From Azolla caroliniana (Eukaryota > Plantae > Polypodiophyta), in the NCBI GenBank assembly GCA_043228905.1, contig JBHGNT010000013.1, positions 10,230,001-10,294,000 of the forward strand: a stretch of DNA of 64,000 bases, in the 5' to 3' direction. Numbering within the stretch: position 1 is the first letter of the stretch; every line of letters starts with the position of its first letter. A program made the translations under genes and the position numbers. The notes under the pieces were generated by a model. It was not told the origin of the DNA and did not search any database. It saw only the letters and a list, made by a program, of their open reading frames with translations. Shown piece after piece: positions 48,258 through 61,980 of the stretch.

Positions 48258-51200
48258 TCACAAGTTGTTCCCAGCAGCTGCAGAATTCTCTTCATTGGTG
48301 TCTCTCATCTCTTCTTTAACATATTCCTCTATGAGTGTTCGTTGTCTCTGACTTAGATTTCTGATCAATACAGATGTTTCAGGTTATAGCATTCAATGGA
48401 ATTCCATACGTTGAGCAACACAAAACCATGTACTTACGTTGGTATCCTCACTTGAAAATGGACAAACTGATCTCCAGAAAATGGAGAATTCAATGCTCTT
48501 ATACCTGCATATGATACAACCAAAAGACGGAAAAAACATTCAATCAATTCAAGTTTTTTATTTCCGGAACTTCTTCCCCATGCATAAAAACTAGATTATC
48601 ATCATACCTTTTCCTTTCAGAACTTCTTTATGTCCAGGCTGTGTACCAGGACGCACCTGATGCAAGAAAATCCAATATTAAAGAATGAGAAGGAATAAAA
48701 TTAATTAACACCGGATACTGATCAAACATGTCTATTAGCATAGCCTATCTTTAACATTTCTATAACCTTTTTGCACATTTACCTTAAGTATCACATCACC
48801 GGTCAGAGTTGGCACTGGAGCTTTCCCACCAAGAATGGCCTGAAGTACTTATGTCATTACAAAATGTCCATAAAAATAAAGACGAGTTTTTTTTTTAAAG
48901 CATTACCGTCGCAAAAGTTATAGGAATGTCCACATGGACATTTGTCCCTTCTCGCTTGAATACAGGATCTGGAAGAACCTAGAAAATGCAAAATATGACC
49001 TCAAAAAAAGGTTGTATTTCCATCCCACTTCAAAATAACAATACATAATGCATCTATATTTACTAGTGGGGCACCAACCTTCAATGTCACATAGACATCT
49101 CCTGCTCGGGGTGATTTGGCTGAAACACCTCCTTCACCCGGCACTCTAATAGTATTATCATTGTCAACCCCTGTACGAATCCAACTTGAAATCTGAAAAT
49201 CCTTATACAAAAAGAAATAACTATTTTCAAAATGCAAAATCCCGCTTTCCTTACCAGATGGTACATTGACTGTTACAGATTTCTTCACTTTGACTGTCCC
49301 CTTACCACTGCATCTTCCACACTTCTCCTGAATCAACCAAAAGGATATTTAACCAAAACAATAGCTAACTTCATAGCTATAAAATATTTTTCAACCCATA
49401 ACTGTCTACCTTCACTACTTGGCCTGAACCACCACATTGACCACATGTTGACTGGAAGATAAAGCCCAGCTGAGGCTGTTGCATACTCTGAGGAAACATA
49501 CAAAAGAAGATATAAGAGGTTCATAGTAATAATGGAGGAAAAAGAAAATATCAAAACAGTGTAAAACCTACCATTCCTGTTCCATTACAAGCACTACATA
49601 CTACAGGCCTTACTCCTGGAGGCATGCCACTTCCATCTGCATGAGAAAGAAAATCAAGTGACTCATAGATATGCTGCATTTATGCAAAGGAAAACGAATG
49701 ACAAATGTGAGAAAACTTACTGCAAGAATCACAACGTGATGCAGCATAGAAAGTCACGTTTCTCGTGCATCCATCCACAGCCTCCCTGAAAGAAACGTCC
49801 AAGGTAACCTACATACATATCCAAACATTTGCACATGGTCATATCACCATGCAATCCAACTGTATACCAGGATTTTATTCATGAAATGGTAGATTCCATG
49901 TTATTTTACCTTCACATCCTCTCCACCTCCACCCATTCCCCCAGCACCCTTCATCATTTTGAAAAACTGTGAAAGAGAAAATGATACCCAAACATCAAGT
50001 TAGTATTGTTTCAGAAATTATTCAACCAAAGGAACACACTATCAATTCACTAAAAGTTAACAGCCTTATCTGCTCTGCTGCAATAATTTGCAACAATAAT
50101 TCTAATTTTGTAAGTTCATACAGTAGCAATTGTGACCTTAGCTGAGCTTTAATGAGTCAAGCAGGCTCGTAATATTATATATGCAGCAGAACTTCAAGAC
50201 TTTATTACCCTTCATGACAGTGGTGCAAACCAATGTCACTGTTCAATTATACTCCAGAAACATTAGTTAAAGTTGAATTTGTTTTATTTGGCGCATCCTT
50301 TTCAATTGCTAGTTGCAAATTGATTAATAGAGATAACTTAAGCTTCACATAAACTCAACTGTATCTAACTGCATTTCCAGGCATGATCCACGAAATACTT
50401 ACTAAACCATGTAAAAGTTCATTAAATGTCAAACACCAAGTTGGGCAAAGAAAACAGATTGAATAGACCACAAATTGCAAGGTATCTGGTACATACATCA
50501 TCAAAACCTCCAAATCCGCCAAATCCACCAAATCCTCCAAAACCACCAAAACCTGATCCACCTCCAGGCCCTCCAGCTCCCATTTTCTCGTAAGTATCAT
50601 GACCCAACTGTACCAAGAAATCAAGACATCAGGATCAACTCCTGAAAATAAATATGCAAGCACACTGGGCAAAAGTGTGTTCTCACATTTATAGCGAGTT
50701 TCATAAGTGAATACTTATCACATCCATTGCAAGTAAAGTAAATGTGTACCTTTATATTTATGCAAAAAATATAATGGCCAAAAACAAATGTATCTAACTT
50801 TTCAAGTATATCTATACACTGAAAACCTATGTAAAGCATAGAAGAACCAATAAATAAATATCTAATGTACAATCTTAATCATATAAAAAGAAAAATAAAG
50901 AAAAGAAACTCAAAGGAAATGCAGCAGGAGAGATAGTGAACATAAGAAGTGAGGAGAAAACTCACTTCAAAGCTTGAACAATGAGGCAGAAGACTGCCAT
51001 GTGTCCTTAAGCACAACACTAGCATGACATGATGGCAAAATTTTCCCTCAGATGCCATAGTTCACTATATACGTACAACAGATGCAACGCCACAAACATT
51101 TTTAGGATTTCATTTCAAACATCAAACCTTGCTATGCGCAACCAACACTGATTATCATTTTCTAAAAACAGTTACTAATCATCATAAATAGATGACACGT

Positions 51201-54200
51201 CCAGTGCTTTCAAAACACATTTCTTGATGCCCTGATTTCAATCATTCATAAGTGCTAGAAGCAATGCTTTGATCCGTTCCATCTGTTCTTTAGTTCGCAC
51301 CAAATAACGTATTGAGACTAACACTAATATTTAATCCCTCAATCATTCACATGCTGTAGAAGCAGATCCATTCCATCTCTTTAAGGGCAGCAAAACCTTA
51401 TTGAGACCAACAGTAATATTTGATACCTAACATCCATCCTCATTTAGGTAACAAAACTTATTCTGATATTGTAAGAACGAATATTGATACATACATGAAC
51501 ACTTGTCACCTCACCTTGTTTCAATAACCACAATGTCCAGTTACAAAAATGATGAGATTCTTGTAAAGATATCGTAGTCATGATATAAAATAGACCCGAG
51601 TTTGTAATAGTTATATTAAACCCCTCTTAACTTTATCAAGATTCATAGCATACATAAATAACCTGTAGTTGCAAAAAACCAAATGTTTCCTTTGTTGCAT
51701 TCACCTAAATCTGTTTAAAGTTGAAGCCTATGCTTTTGAAGGGTGGAATGAGCAAACCCAATACATTAACACACTTTTATAGAGCAATTATGAATTCATA
51801 ATAAAGGTAGCTTTGATCCACCCATGTATAATGAAAATCAAGAGTCATTCGGATGGTAAGGACTCAAAAGATTCACTTGAAATATCCAGAAAAAAGAAAT
51901 ATCAATAATCACTTTTCTACGAAAGATCAAACCAGAGATTACACCTTAAAATGTTGTCTCATCTTTGCAAAGAAATCAAAAAATGTAACTAAGCAAAAAA
52001 GTAAATAAAATAAAAAGTGACTAGAGAATCTTATCATTGATACATTTACGATTCTCAAGCCATATAGATTGAAATGTTTGTGTTCGAACGGTCTCTAACA
52101 TAATCGTCTTTTCAAGAAAGGTGACTAAAGAATCTTATCATTGATACATCTAAGATTCTCAAGCCATATAGATTGAAATGCTTGTGTGCAAAAGGTCTCT
52201 AGCATAGGTCAATCCAAAATGAAGAGAACTCTAAAGTAACAGAAGCACCTGCAATGGCACGTGATAGTGGTCTTTATCTTTCGATGACAAGGGTGGTGAA
52301 ATAGTGGTCCATAATGTCAGCGCCTACATGGGCATGGGCAACAAATTGCTATTGTGATCCCTTTGCAATGTTCTAACCGAGACCACTTGTGTAGCCCTTG
52401 ATTGACTTGTAGCATGACTACTCAAGCATAGGTCAATCTAAAATGGAGAGATCTCTGAAGCGAGGGAAGCACCTACAATGGTGAGAGGTAATGGTCTTTA
52501 TTTGTTGATGGCAAAGGTGGTGAGATCGTCACATGGGCAACAAATTGCTATTGCCAAATCTATTGTAATCCCTTTGCAATGTTCTAACTGAGAGCCCACT
52601 TGTGTAGCCCTTCATTGACTTGTAGTATGAGTACTCTAGCATAGGTCAATCTAAAATGGCGAGATCTTTGAAGCGAGGGAAGCACCTACAATGATGGGAG
52701 GTGATTATCTTTATTTGTCGAAGAAAAAGGCAGTGAGATCATGATCCACAGGGCCAGAGCCTACATGGGCAATAAATTGCTATTGCCCATCTATTTAATC
52801 CTTCAGCGATGTTCAAATTGAGAGTGATGAGGCTAAATAAAGTTTGTGATTGTTATTTGTTGATGAGCTTGTGTGGCTGTATTGTTTTTCAACAACTTCT
52901 CCCTATACCTCTTGAGTTGCAGCCAGAAAAGCCTCAAGCACAATTGGTCCTCATATTCCTTTACCTTGCACACTAAGTCAATCTCTTGGTTAAAGAGTCA
53001 ATGGCACCTCCCTCTTATTTCATTAAAAGCAGTGCTGTGACAGTGTTCTTCAAATTCTACTCCATAATGACACAATTGACCAATTCTTTCTTCTAGAGGT
53101 ATGTGTGCAAATTTGTCTATGTCAATCTTTAACTGATGTGAAGAGGTCCACAACTGCAATCGCACTGCATAATGGATAGGATAGATGTGTGATGAATCCA
53201 CCCTCTGATTGTGTGTAAAAAGTGGGCCTTATAGTGGGCCATCTTCCTACCAAAAGATGTGTGGCTGATCCATGTTCTTCTATTATCCGATTTTATAATA
53301 TCAATTTACATTAATCTGTTCTTGTCTGCTTCGGTAATGTTTAGATAGGGACAATCCACTGCATATTAATAGGGATAGTGCATTTATGCTTATGCCATGC
53401 AACTTGAACCATTATTGAAGTTTCAACTCTCCATGTTCTGCAAGTTATTTTAATGACATAAGTACCAATCATGAATACCTTAGTTTAGGGAGCTCCCAAA
53501 GTCTAGAGAAATGGTTGACAAATGGGCCTCATGATTGAAGGGACATAGAGAAATTCAAAGCTACTTGCCTTTATGATGATCGTTTAATTCAAATGATACA
53601 AATATTACTTAATGCATACGGCTGAAAACAATACACCAGGTATTGACCTGGCATAACCTAATTTGAACACAACATTGTATAATTATCGTAGTTTTGTTTT
53701 TGTGAAAATCAGGAAAGTTCTAGTTAACAGACAAGAGAATCTTCATAACGATAAGAGTGATTTAACATGAGTCAATTGAGCTAGAAGCTAAAGACCATGT
53801 GACCAAATTCTAGCACAAGGGAGATTGAGAGGATTCTAAATCCTTAAAGGAGCATTCTTGTGTCATCTATTTCATAATCAAATAGTAACATCTATATAAC
53901 CTTGCCAATAAAACAACCTATGGATGAAACTTAGTAAATCAACGCTTTTGATGATACATTTAATATAATATTCAGAGACTTTGGCTTCCTACATCATGGG
54001 AACATTCTTAAATTCCTTTTGGGAATACTGTAAATCATTTTGAGTCATCAAGTTGGCAGCTAAGTTTGGAAGGCGACGGCTGGTACAGTCAGATTAACAT
54101 TTGTCAGAAAATGATGTGCATCAGGTAATAACAATTCAATGCAAAAACCAAACAGAAGAACTAGGGGAACAAATTCAGGCTTATAATATATAGATTGATA

Positions 54201-56089
54201 CAACTTACCATGCATTCTCAAGTCTCAAGGTAGAGCTTAGATGTGATTTGAACAGATGGACAAAGGATGTTAGGAGTTTTAACTCCATATTGATATATGC
54301 ATTGAGTGAAAGAAAGTAGACCATCCCTCTAACTAGAATATGAATGCTAGCCGCAGTACCTGGATCCTACTACTTCTTGGGACTGATTTCAAGCTTTCTT
54401 TATTCTACTAGACATGGTCATGTCCACAGGCATTTTCTTAGAACTATCATGACTTCTACAGTCTAGACTGTAAACCAGAGAGCCTATCAATACCCAATAT
54501 CAATCATGGCATGTAGGGCTTACAGTAACACATTCTTGGGAGGGGTAAATTTGAGCTATCATTAACAACATACAGTTCGGTGTACAATATACGAATTGAG
54601 AAATACCACACTCCATAAACCAAGTGTAATTAAATACAGATTGACACACAATGTAACTGGATAACAAATATATAAATCCCATCTAAATTCATACTTCTTT
54701 CAAGCTATTTTACAGAAGTTACGGTGTACCTTGTCATATTGAGAACGCTTTTCATCATCTTTCAATGTCTGTTGCACAAGATGAAATGTAAGTTTTCAAT
54801 GAATGTTTCATAAGGACATATTTTGCATGTATAACTAACTCATCAAACTTAATCTATGTACCTACCTCGTATGCTTTCTGTATCTCTTGGAACTTCTTCT
54901 CAGCATCTGGATCCTCCTTGTTAGTATCAGGATGATGCTTCTTCGCCAACTGTTAATGATAAAGAGCAAAGAAAATGGTCATACATATGGACAAGAAGTA
55001 AAAGTTACAGGATCTCGTTAAGGGTTTCCAATTATATTTACCGCATAATAAGCTTTTTTCAATTCAGACTGTCCAGCATTCCGGCTCACACCAAGCACAT
55101 CATAATAATCCCTGGACGCCATAGCTTGGCCTACAAAACGCTCAGCTCAAAATTACCATATTAACTGATCGACCAATATGTTAAGATTAGTAAATCTGAA
55201 TCTAGCTGGAACACACAAAGAACTTTCTGAGGGAAGACTAGAAAAAATATCGCAAGATTCTCAAATGCCTGTCAGAATGCATATTCGAAAGCAGGTAGAA
55301 TCATCAAAGTGTCAAAGTCTAACAATCACAAATCAAACTAGGGTATAAAAGAAACAAGACATTGCATGTGAAAGCACGGCCTTTAAGAAATAATCAGTAA
55401 GGGTAACAGAAGGGGAATAAATAATTAAACACAAAACATCTGATTATAACTCAAGTTCCTGCTGATCTTGAAACACAAGAACGAACAACGAATGACTTTT
55501 TTTATTCAATTTCCACAGATGAGCTAAAAATGAAAATCTTTTAAAAATCTTTGAGAGGTTTACCTGTAGCATGAAAGTGGCGAATTCTTTGAATAATGCT
55601 GCTGTGAAGGGGTACTCCAACAACACCAGTATTAGAGCACCGGGGATCACCTAGTTTCACAGTAAGAAGAAATGAAGGTTCAAGGTCCTTATTTGTATGT
55701 CAGTTTCGACGAAACCTTTAACTCATCCACTTAAATCCGTGTTACCATAAAAATAAATCAAATGGTGAAACAAGGTCCTAACCCTAATTGATATGTTAAT
55801 TTTCATTCATCTTAAAACCGATTTCTCATACATTTGGATGCTGATTTCATCTGCGATGAGCTGAGGCAGTGAAAAGATGCATTTTGAGCATCCGGCAAAG
55901 TTCTGAAGCTAGTGAGGGCCTAACCATGTGAAAAGCAGAAATCAGAGAGATTATAAATAAATCAATGAACTGGTTTAATTCAATAAACCAACCAAATTTA
56001 CAGACATGATCACGGATTTCAGAGGGACTCAGCGTCTTCTTCTTGTTTAGCCTTGAAGACGCTTCCTGGAGGCGCCACAGGCGATTCAT
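48258..56089 (-). CDS. GFA2: Type-A DnaJ/Hsp40 chaperone, mitochondrial GFA2-like; about 17 coding exons: 56089-56006(?), 55919-55832(?), 55650-55564, 55130-55042, 54949-54866, 54768-54730, 50607-50497, 49966-49910, 49808-49721, 49636-49572, 49487-49410, 49327-49255, 49170-49079, 48978-48907, 48839-48783, 48656-48608, 48504-48438, 48360-48258
   Basis: GT-AG exons splice in frame: RHFHATG|[19 protein letters not shown]|[11 protein letters not shown] (HPD motif)|G/F-rich linker|four CxxCxGxG repeats|C-terminal domain AILGG..VPTLTG, PGTQPG, GDQFVHF; stop TGA at 48260-48258. The first two exons (transit peptide) are less certain; orthology is recalled, not tested. Confidence 0.9.
52017..52820. 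repeat. Intronic tandem repeats: 2 x about 104 bp, then 3 x about 215-225 bp
   Basis: GTGACTA.AGAATCTTATCATTGATACAT at about 52017 and 52121; AGCATAGGTCAATC.AAAATG..GAAGCACCT at about 52201, 52426 and 52638. Confidence 0.85.
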
Positions 56090-56799
56090 TGTATGATAGC
56101 TCTTCTTCCTTTTTCTTGGTATTTATCGGGTATTTGTTTCTTCCACTCTGTAGTTGGGAAAGATGAGACTTGATTGATACGCAGGGCAGCAGAGCGATGT
56201 GATGATTCCTATAATAAGCAAGAGGTGGGTTCTGCAAAAGAAAACTTTAGAAAGGGAAAAAAGGAACGGAGAGGGAGAGGGAGAGGGAAGCCAGAATCGA
56301 GAGACACACAGGAGGAGTGAGGCGACCAAAAACCCTGCAACAGGAGAAGGAGAAGGAGAAGGAGAAGGAGACGGAGAAGGCGGAAGGCAAGCTCTCTCAG
56401 CTGTCTCAGCTCTCAGCTCTCCCAAAAACCCTTAAGAGAATGAGAGAGACAGAGACAGAGAGAGCCCAGAGGTTTCTCTCTGTCCCAAGGAAATCTGTCA
56501 ATGAAGTGATGCCCCAACCGAGTTCACATTTTTCCAATAGCCCTCTTGCTGTTTCAAAGCCATGATTTTGTCCACTCTCTCTCTCTCTCTCGCCAACTCG
56601 ATTTGGTTTGGTCTGTATGTACATATATGCACTGATGAATTAGACGACAATGGGTTTGCCAAGTTTGTAACGGAAAAATGCGCCGAAGAAGTTGTCGATT
56701 GGGTGGGAATGTATGTAGGCATCATGCTTTCGTAGGTCTTATCCAAATGCCCTCGTAAGCTTTGGTGCATCTTCTAATTAAAGTATTTGCAGAGAGAAA

Positions 56800-58260
56800 A
56801 GTACGGGGTCCTCTTGCATACAAAGTTGAGTGTCAATGGCTCTCGGACAAAAAGATTGTGTTTGTGAAGGGTCATTAATAAGGATAAACTATATGCATTA
56901 TGAGCCATTGTGAAGCTACTTCAAACCTTAAAAAGCTTTAAATACCTTGGCTTTGAAGTTCCTTCAAATCATATATGGAACAAATGAGTTACCCGCCACT
57001 TAAATGTCGGAAAGAGAGCATATTATGAATTTGAGAACACATGCAATAATGGAGAATTTAAGTGTTAGGTCCTTATGAAATACATCTTCAACATTGTTGC
57101 TTCTCTATCGGGTGGAAGTATGGGGCGTTAGCCTCCTAAGTCTACTTGGAAAGAGATTGAAAATGTCCAAAAGCATTTTCTTATAAAGTTTCTCTAAGTC
57201 AAGAAACAAACATCATACACCCTTGTACTTCTTGGTATGGGATCACTTCCCATTAAGAAAGTGACCATGGAAAGGGTTTTCGAATACATGTTTAAGGTTC
57301 AAAAAAGTTTCTTAGATCAAATTCCAAGACTCCCAAACTGGTTAAGCCTGAACTAGTTTGGGTGTTACGGGCATGACCATATAATATCCCGTGGTGAGAA
57401 TTTACCGTAGTAATCTATACACGTGGATAAGTGTGAGGGTTAAACGAGAGTGTAAAGAAGGGGAGGATTACTTTTAAATCCTCAGGATTGAGACAACCCA
57501 TTAGGCCAAGTGTGAACTTGCCTGGGGACCTTGGGTATCACTATAAATAAGAGTCCTAGCTACCCTCATTTCATTATCTTGTTGACTACGTCGAGACTCT
57601 GTCTTGTGGTGGGTCAACTCTTGTAGTGAGCGCGCCAGCACCAGGTACGACTCGACCCCATGGCGGTGGTATGGGACGCCGATCGAGGCTCGAGTCTGTC
57701 TCGATCCCTTCACTCGGGGGTGGTCGGGTGGATCGACACCCTTCTTTCTCTCTCTCTCCTCTCTATCTAGATCTATCTATTCACCTATATTCTATCCTTA
57801 TTTAATGCTTACATTAGTCTATGTCTCTAATATTGGGAGTTTCCATACTTGAATGGAACCACTTCCGAAACCACTCAGCATACCGATTTAGGAATTAATT
57901 TCACCAAGCTAATTAAGCCTTAACTGGTTTGGGAATCAATTTGGCCCAAAATGTTCGGTTTGACTCGAGTCATCCTAAACTGGTTAAGGTAGCTCAAGCT
58001 TGAATTGAGTCAAGTCAAACCACCAAACCTTTTTTAAATGGTTTAACGGTTTGGTTCTTGCTTGAACGGAATCATTGTCGACTCCTAACGGAATGCAGAC
58101 AAGAATATCTAAAAGATACATAAAAGTAAAATTTCGTGTTCTAATTGGATGCAAGATATGGAAAAATGGTTTGGAAGATGGGATACAATACACTTGCTTC
58201 ATGATACATCAAATAATTCCTTTGTGAATGAGGCATTTTTGGAACTTCAATGTATCATGA
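56800..58260 (+). mobile_element. Decayed non-LTR (LINE) RT C-terminal relic, interrupted by later insertions
   Basis: agc ttt aaa tac ctt ggc = SFKYLG, a LINE RT end motif, at about 56934; WMQDMEKWFGRW-like remnant at about 58147. Confidence 0.4.
57363..57832 (+). mobile_element. Solo LTR (470 bp), distant relative of the chromovirus LTR at 21839-22311
   Basis: TGTTAC...CTAATA (CA mutated to TA), perfect TSD TTGGG on both sides, TATAAATA, shared GGTATGGGACG and CTCGGGGGTGGTCGGGTGGA blocks. Confidence 0.85.
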
Positions 58261-58359
58261 TACAATGCTATGTTGTTACATGTTCTTTTAATCATGTATT
58301 CATCCTAATCGTTAACCTTCCATAAACTCGGAGTTCAATGTTTTTCATCTCGTGAGCAC

Positions 58360-58525
58360 ACTACATTATAACATTGTTCTACCATCCATGTATGCCTATC
58401 AATTAGTTTATGATATTACATCATTTGTTTTTACTTTGGTATAACTTTTATTACACTATATCATAACATTGTTCTACCATCCATGTATACCTATCAATTA
58501 GTTTATGATATGCATCATTTGTTGT
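58360..58525. repeat. Tandem duplication, about 95-bp period
   Basis: ATAACATTGTTCTACCATCCATGTAT.CCTATCAATTAGTTT occurs twice. Confidence 0.85.
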
Positions 58526-59235
58526 TGGCCGGGTAGGACAACCGAAGTTGTGAAAGGAGTCAGGAAGCCAAGCACAAAAAGACAAACAAAGGGAGTTGGC
58601 CAAGAGCCGAATGCGGCATTACTATAACTTCAAGTATTCAATGAGTGAAACGATTATAACTAACCAAGCTCTCCAAAAATAGGAAACATGGAATCTTATA
58701 TAAGGACTGTGTGAATGAGTGAAGGGAGCGATGTCGTGAAGATCCATCACTATGTGTGGATCATGAGGTGGAACCGCTGAGGTTCTGGACCGGAAGGACT
58801 CGAAGTACGTGCAAGCTTTAGCGAGAAAGTATTTAAGATAGATTGAGAGAGAGAGAGAAATTGAGATTAAACGCTTGACTTTAGATTGAGAGAGATTGAA
58901 ATGGATAGAGAGATTAAGATTGAACTTTTAACTTTTAGATTTAAGAAACAAGATATATCATCAATTGGATGACGAATTTTCTTCTTATTAAATTCTTTAA
59001 TAGTACATCAATACCCCTTTTGATCTTTTTCATCCACCCTTTTATAGATGCTCCCATGCATATGATGCATGTGAGAGTACAATACATGCATACAATGCAT
59101 GGAATGCATGTGAGCCATTTGGCGCTCATGCATCACATGTCACTCAATCAAGCTCTAATATGAGAATTTACATGTAAAAGTATAATGATAGGAATTATAA
59201 TCCCTAAAGAAATGATTTGGCTTAATGGTAAGCCT

Positions 59236-59730
59236 ATCTTATCTTGAAGGTGCAAAGTTTGAGTCTTGCTTACATCTTTTTCTTTTATGCACAAAATATT
59301 ATTAGGCTTTTGGACCAAATATCTTTAAGACACCATGCATTGCGATCAATCGACCTGATCGATCCGTTCGATTTGCATCCGTTTGGTCTGGCCCAGTCTG
59401 CATCCCGATCTGGTTCGGTCCGCATCCCAAGTCGCTTGCCGATCGCCGGTTGGCCAAAAACTTTTACAAGTAGCTATTGCTTCTTATCTTGGAGGTGCAA
59501 AGTTTGAGTCTTGCTTACATCTTTTTCTTTTATGCACAAAATACTATTAGGCTTTTGGACCAAATATCTTTAAGACACCATGCATTGCGATCAATCGATC
59601 CGTCCAATTTGCATCTGTTTGGTCCAGCCCAGTCTGCATCCCGATCCGGTTCGGTCCGCATCCCAAGTCGCTTGCCGGTCGCCAGATTCGCCGTTGGTTT
59701 CGGTTGGTCAAAAACTTTTACAAGTAGCTA
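59236..59730. repeat. Tandem duplication, about 245-bp unit
   Basis: TCTTATCTTG.AGGTGCAAAGTTTGAGTCTTGCTTAC...AAAAACTTTTACAAGTAGCTA occurs twice. Confidence 0.9.
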
Positions 59731-60629
59731 GGCCACACCCACTCATTCAATTAGCATAGTTCAAGTTACCTCAATTTCTTTATGCTCCACACATAGACAC
59801 AAAGATAATAGCTTTTGCTCTGCGTTATATATGGTGAGATCCTTATTTGTCCTGTCTATGTGGGATATCTCATAGTTTTATCTTTCTCTTTTCCTTTGCA
59901 AACTTCCTACCCACATAACTTGAGACTTAGATGTTCATTTCTTATGTAGTAAAGTGCATTCGAAAGCTCTTGAAGACCATCTTTTTGTACTAAGCTATTA
60001 AACTTATTTTAAATAGTATTTTCACTATTATTGTTTTATATGATTTATACTCGATTTCGTATGTTTTATGCGATTTTCACACCATTGCCAAAAATCTTCA
60101 CGACAACGAGGTAGATTTAGATGAGTAACTATACAAGAGGGGTGAGTGCCTTTCTGAGAGAATAGAAAACTAGACCGACAATAGATTGGTATTTGTAACA
60201 GAGTTGTGTCATTAATATATTATTCTATATTGTGGGGAAACCCCGTGTGGTCTATCTATGTTATAAGATGTGTGGATCTCATGTTATTGTGTAGTCATGT
60301 GCTCTTAATTGGTTGCAGCTAATTCAATAGGATACTTATTCGTGTGTTCCTTATGAGTCTATAGGACTCGTTCTGTGTCTCCGAGTGTCGTACAAAGCAG
60401 ACGAGTTAGGTATCCTCAGAGTGAGATATCTCGGATCCCCTAGAGTAAAGTTACCCCTAACCCCCGTGTTCGACTAAGTGCATAGTCTACGAGACGATCC
60501 AAAGCTCTTTCCCTCCTTCCGACCACAATACCTTGATCCAGTTACTCAGAAGTAGTAATTGAGGGTGTGTTCCTCCAGAGGGAGTACACAACGAACAAGC
60601 GAAGGAGGAAGACCCAGTCATAGGAATGA

Positions 60630-60990
60630 TGTTACCCATATGAGTTGTATGGGGAGGTATGAGGGTGGAACACTATAAAGTGGTTGTTGTGTATGTGTAA
60701 TGTATATGAGTGTGTGATGATGAATATGTGTATGAACACATGCACAATTATGTCCATGTATACAAGAATGTAACAATATTCTTTTATAACAGTCATATTA
60801 TGTAACTGTTACATTATGTACTATATAAACCCCTTATGGGGCATGTAACGGAATAGATTTTTTCCCCTCATTTGGTGTCATTTCTTATGTCTTTCTCTCT
60901 CACTCTCCTTCACGGGTAACCCCCTTGAGAGGGGGGTGGAACCATTCTTGGCTTCCCTCCCCCATAAACACTGGCACACCCGAACGACCG
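60630..60990 (+). mobile_element. LTR (60630-60970) related to the LTRs of 26548-31498, followed by a PBS-like TGGCACACCCGAACG
   Basis: TGTTACC...AAACA; shares AACCCCTTATGGGG and CCCCTTG.GAGGGGGGTGGA.CCATT with the 26548 LTR. Confidence 0.7.
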
Positions 60991-61529
60991 ACCCTCCCTT
61001 GAGAAGAAGCCTCTCTCTCTACCCATGTCTTCTTCTTTGCTTTGTGTGCATGTGTTAAGAATCTCTGTGTGTCCCTCTTGCTGATCTCTCCCGCCTTCCT
61101 TCTTTGTCAACTTGGTTTTGTTTCTGGTCTCTTTGAAGGATTCATGGCGACCTTCGAATGTAGGATCACCCACAACCAACCTCGTTGTAGAGGCTCCAAA
61201 AGTCCTCTTGAACCTTCTTCTTATTTTCCTTCTTTACTCGCTCGATCTTCCACCAAGAAACTCGTAGAAGGGAATCTCCCCAAACCTTAAACTCCTTACC
61301 CATAGCCTAGCCCTAAACTCTGAATCCTTTCCTCATTTTCCTCCCGCCCTCAGATAATTGGTTTTCCCACCTCCCGTTTACCTCCATTTCCCTAGCTTTT
61401 TTTTCACGGCTCTCTGCCAACATGAGGGAGATTCTGCACATCCAAGGTGGGCAATGCGGGAACCAGATCAAAGCTAAGATCTGGGAAGTGGTGTACACAG
61501 AACATGGGATCGGTCCAACGGGGTCCAAA

Positions 61530-61980
61530 GTGGTCTCTATGGACAGATTTTTGACATGATAACTTCGTGGTTAGTCAATCAGGTGCTAGGAATAACTGGG
61601 CCAAAGATCACTATACTGAAGGTGTTGAGCTTATTGACGTTGTCCTTGATGTTGTGAGGAAGGAAGCTGAAAACTGTGATTGCCTTCAAGGGTTTCAAGT
61701 ATGTCATTCTCTCAGTGGGGGTACCAGATAAGGAATGGGAACTCTTCTTATCTCCAAAATCCCTAAGGAATATCCAGATCGGATGATGATGACGTTCTTT
61801 GTGTTTCCATTTCCCAGGGTCTCTAACACGGTTGTGGAGCCTTACAATGCCACCCTCTTTGTCCATTAGCTTGTAGAGAATGTAGATGAATGTATGATCA
61901 TTGACAATGAAGCATTTGTATGACATTTGCTTCCGAACGCTCAAACTTGTCACTCCCACATTTGGTGATTTGAATGATCT
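61530..61980 (+). pseudogene. TUB: Processed (intronless) beta-tubulin pseudogene fragment
   Basis: Degenerate [40 protein letters not shown]...[53 protein letters not shown], with stops and indels. Confidence 0.93.

Noticed and set aside
56123-56565. PSPSPS / GEGEGE ORFs
   Set aside because: GA-rich microsatellite in the probable DnaJ 5' UTR/promoter region
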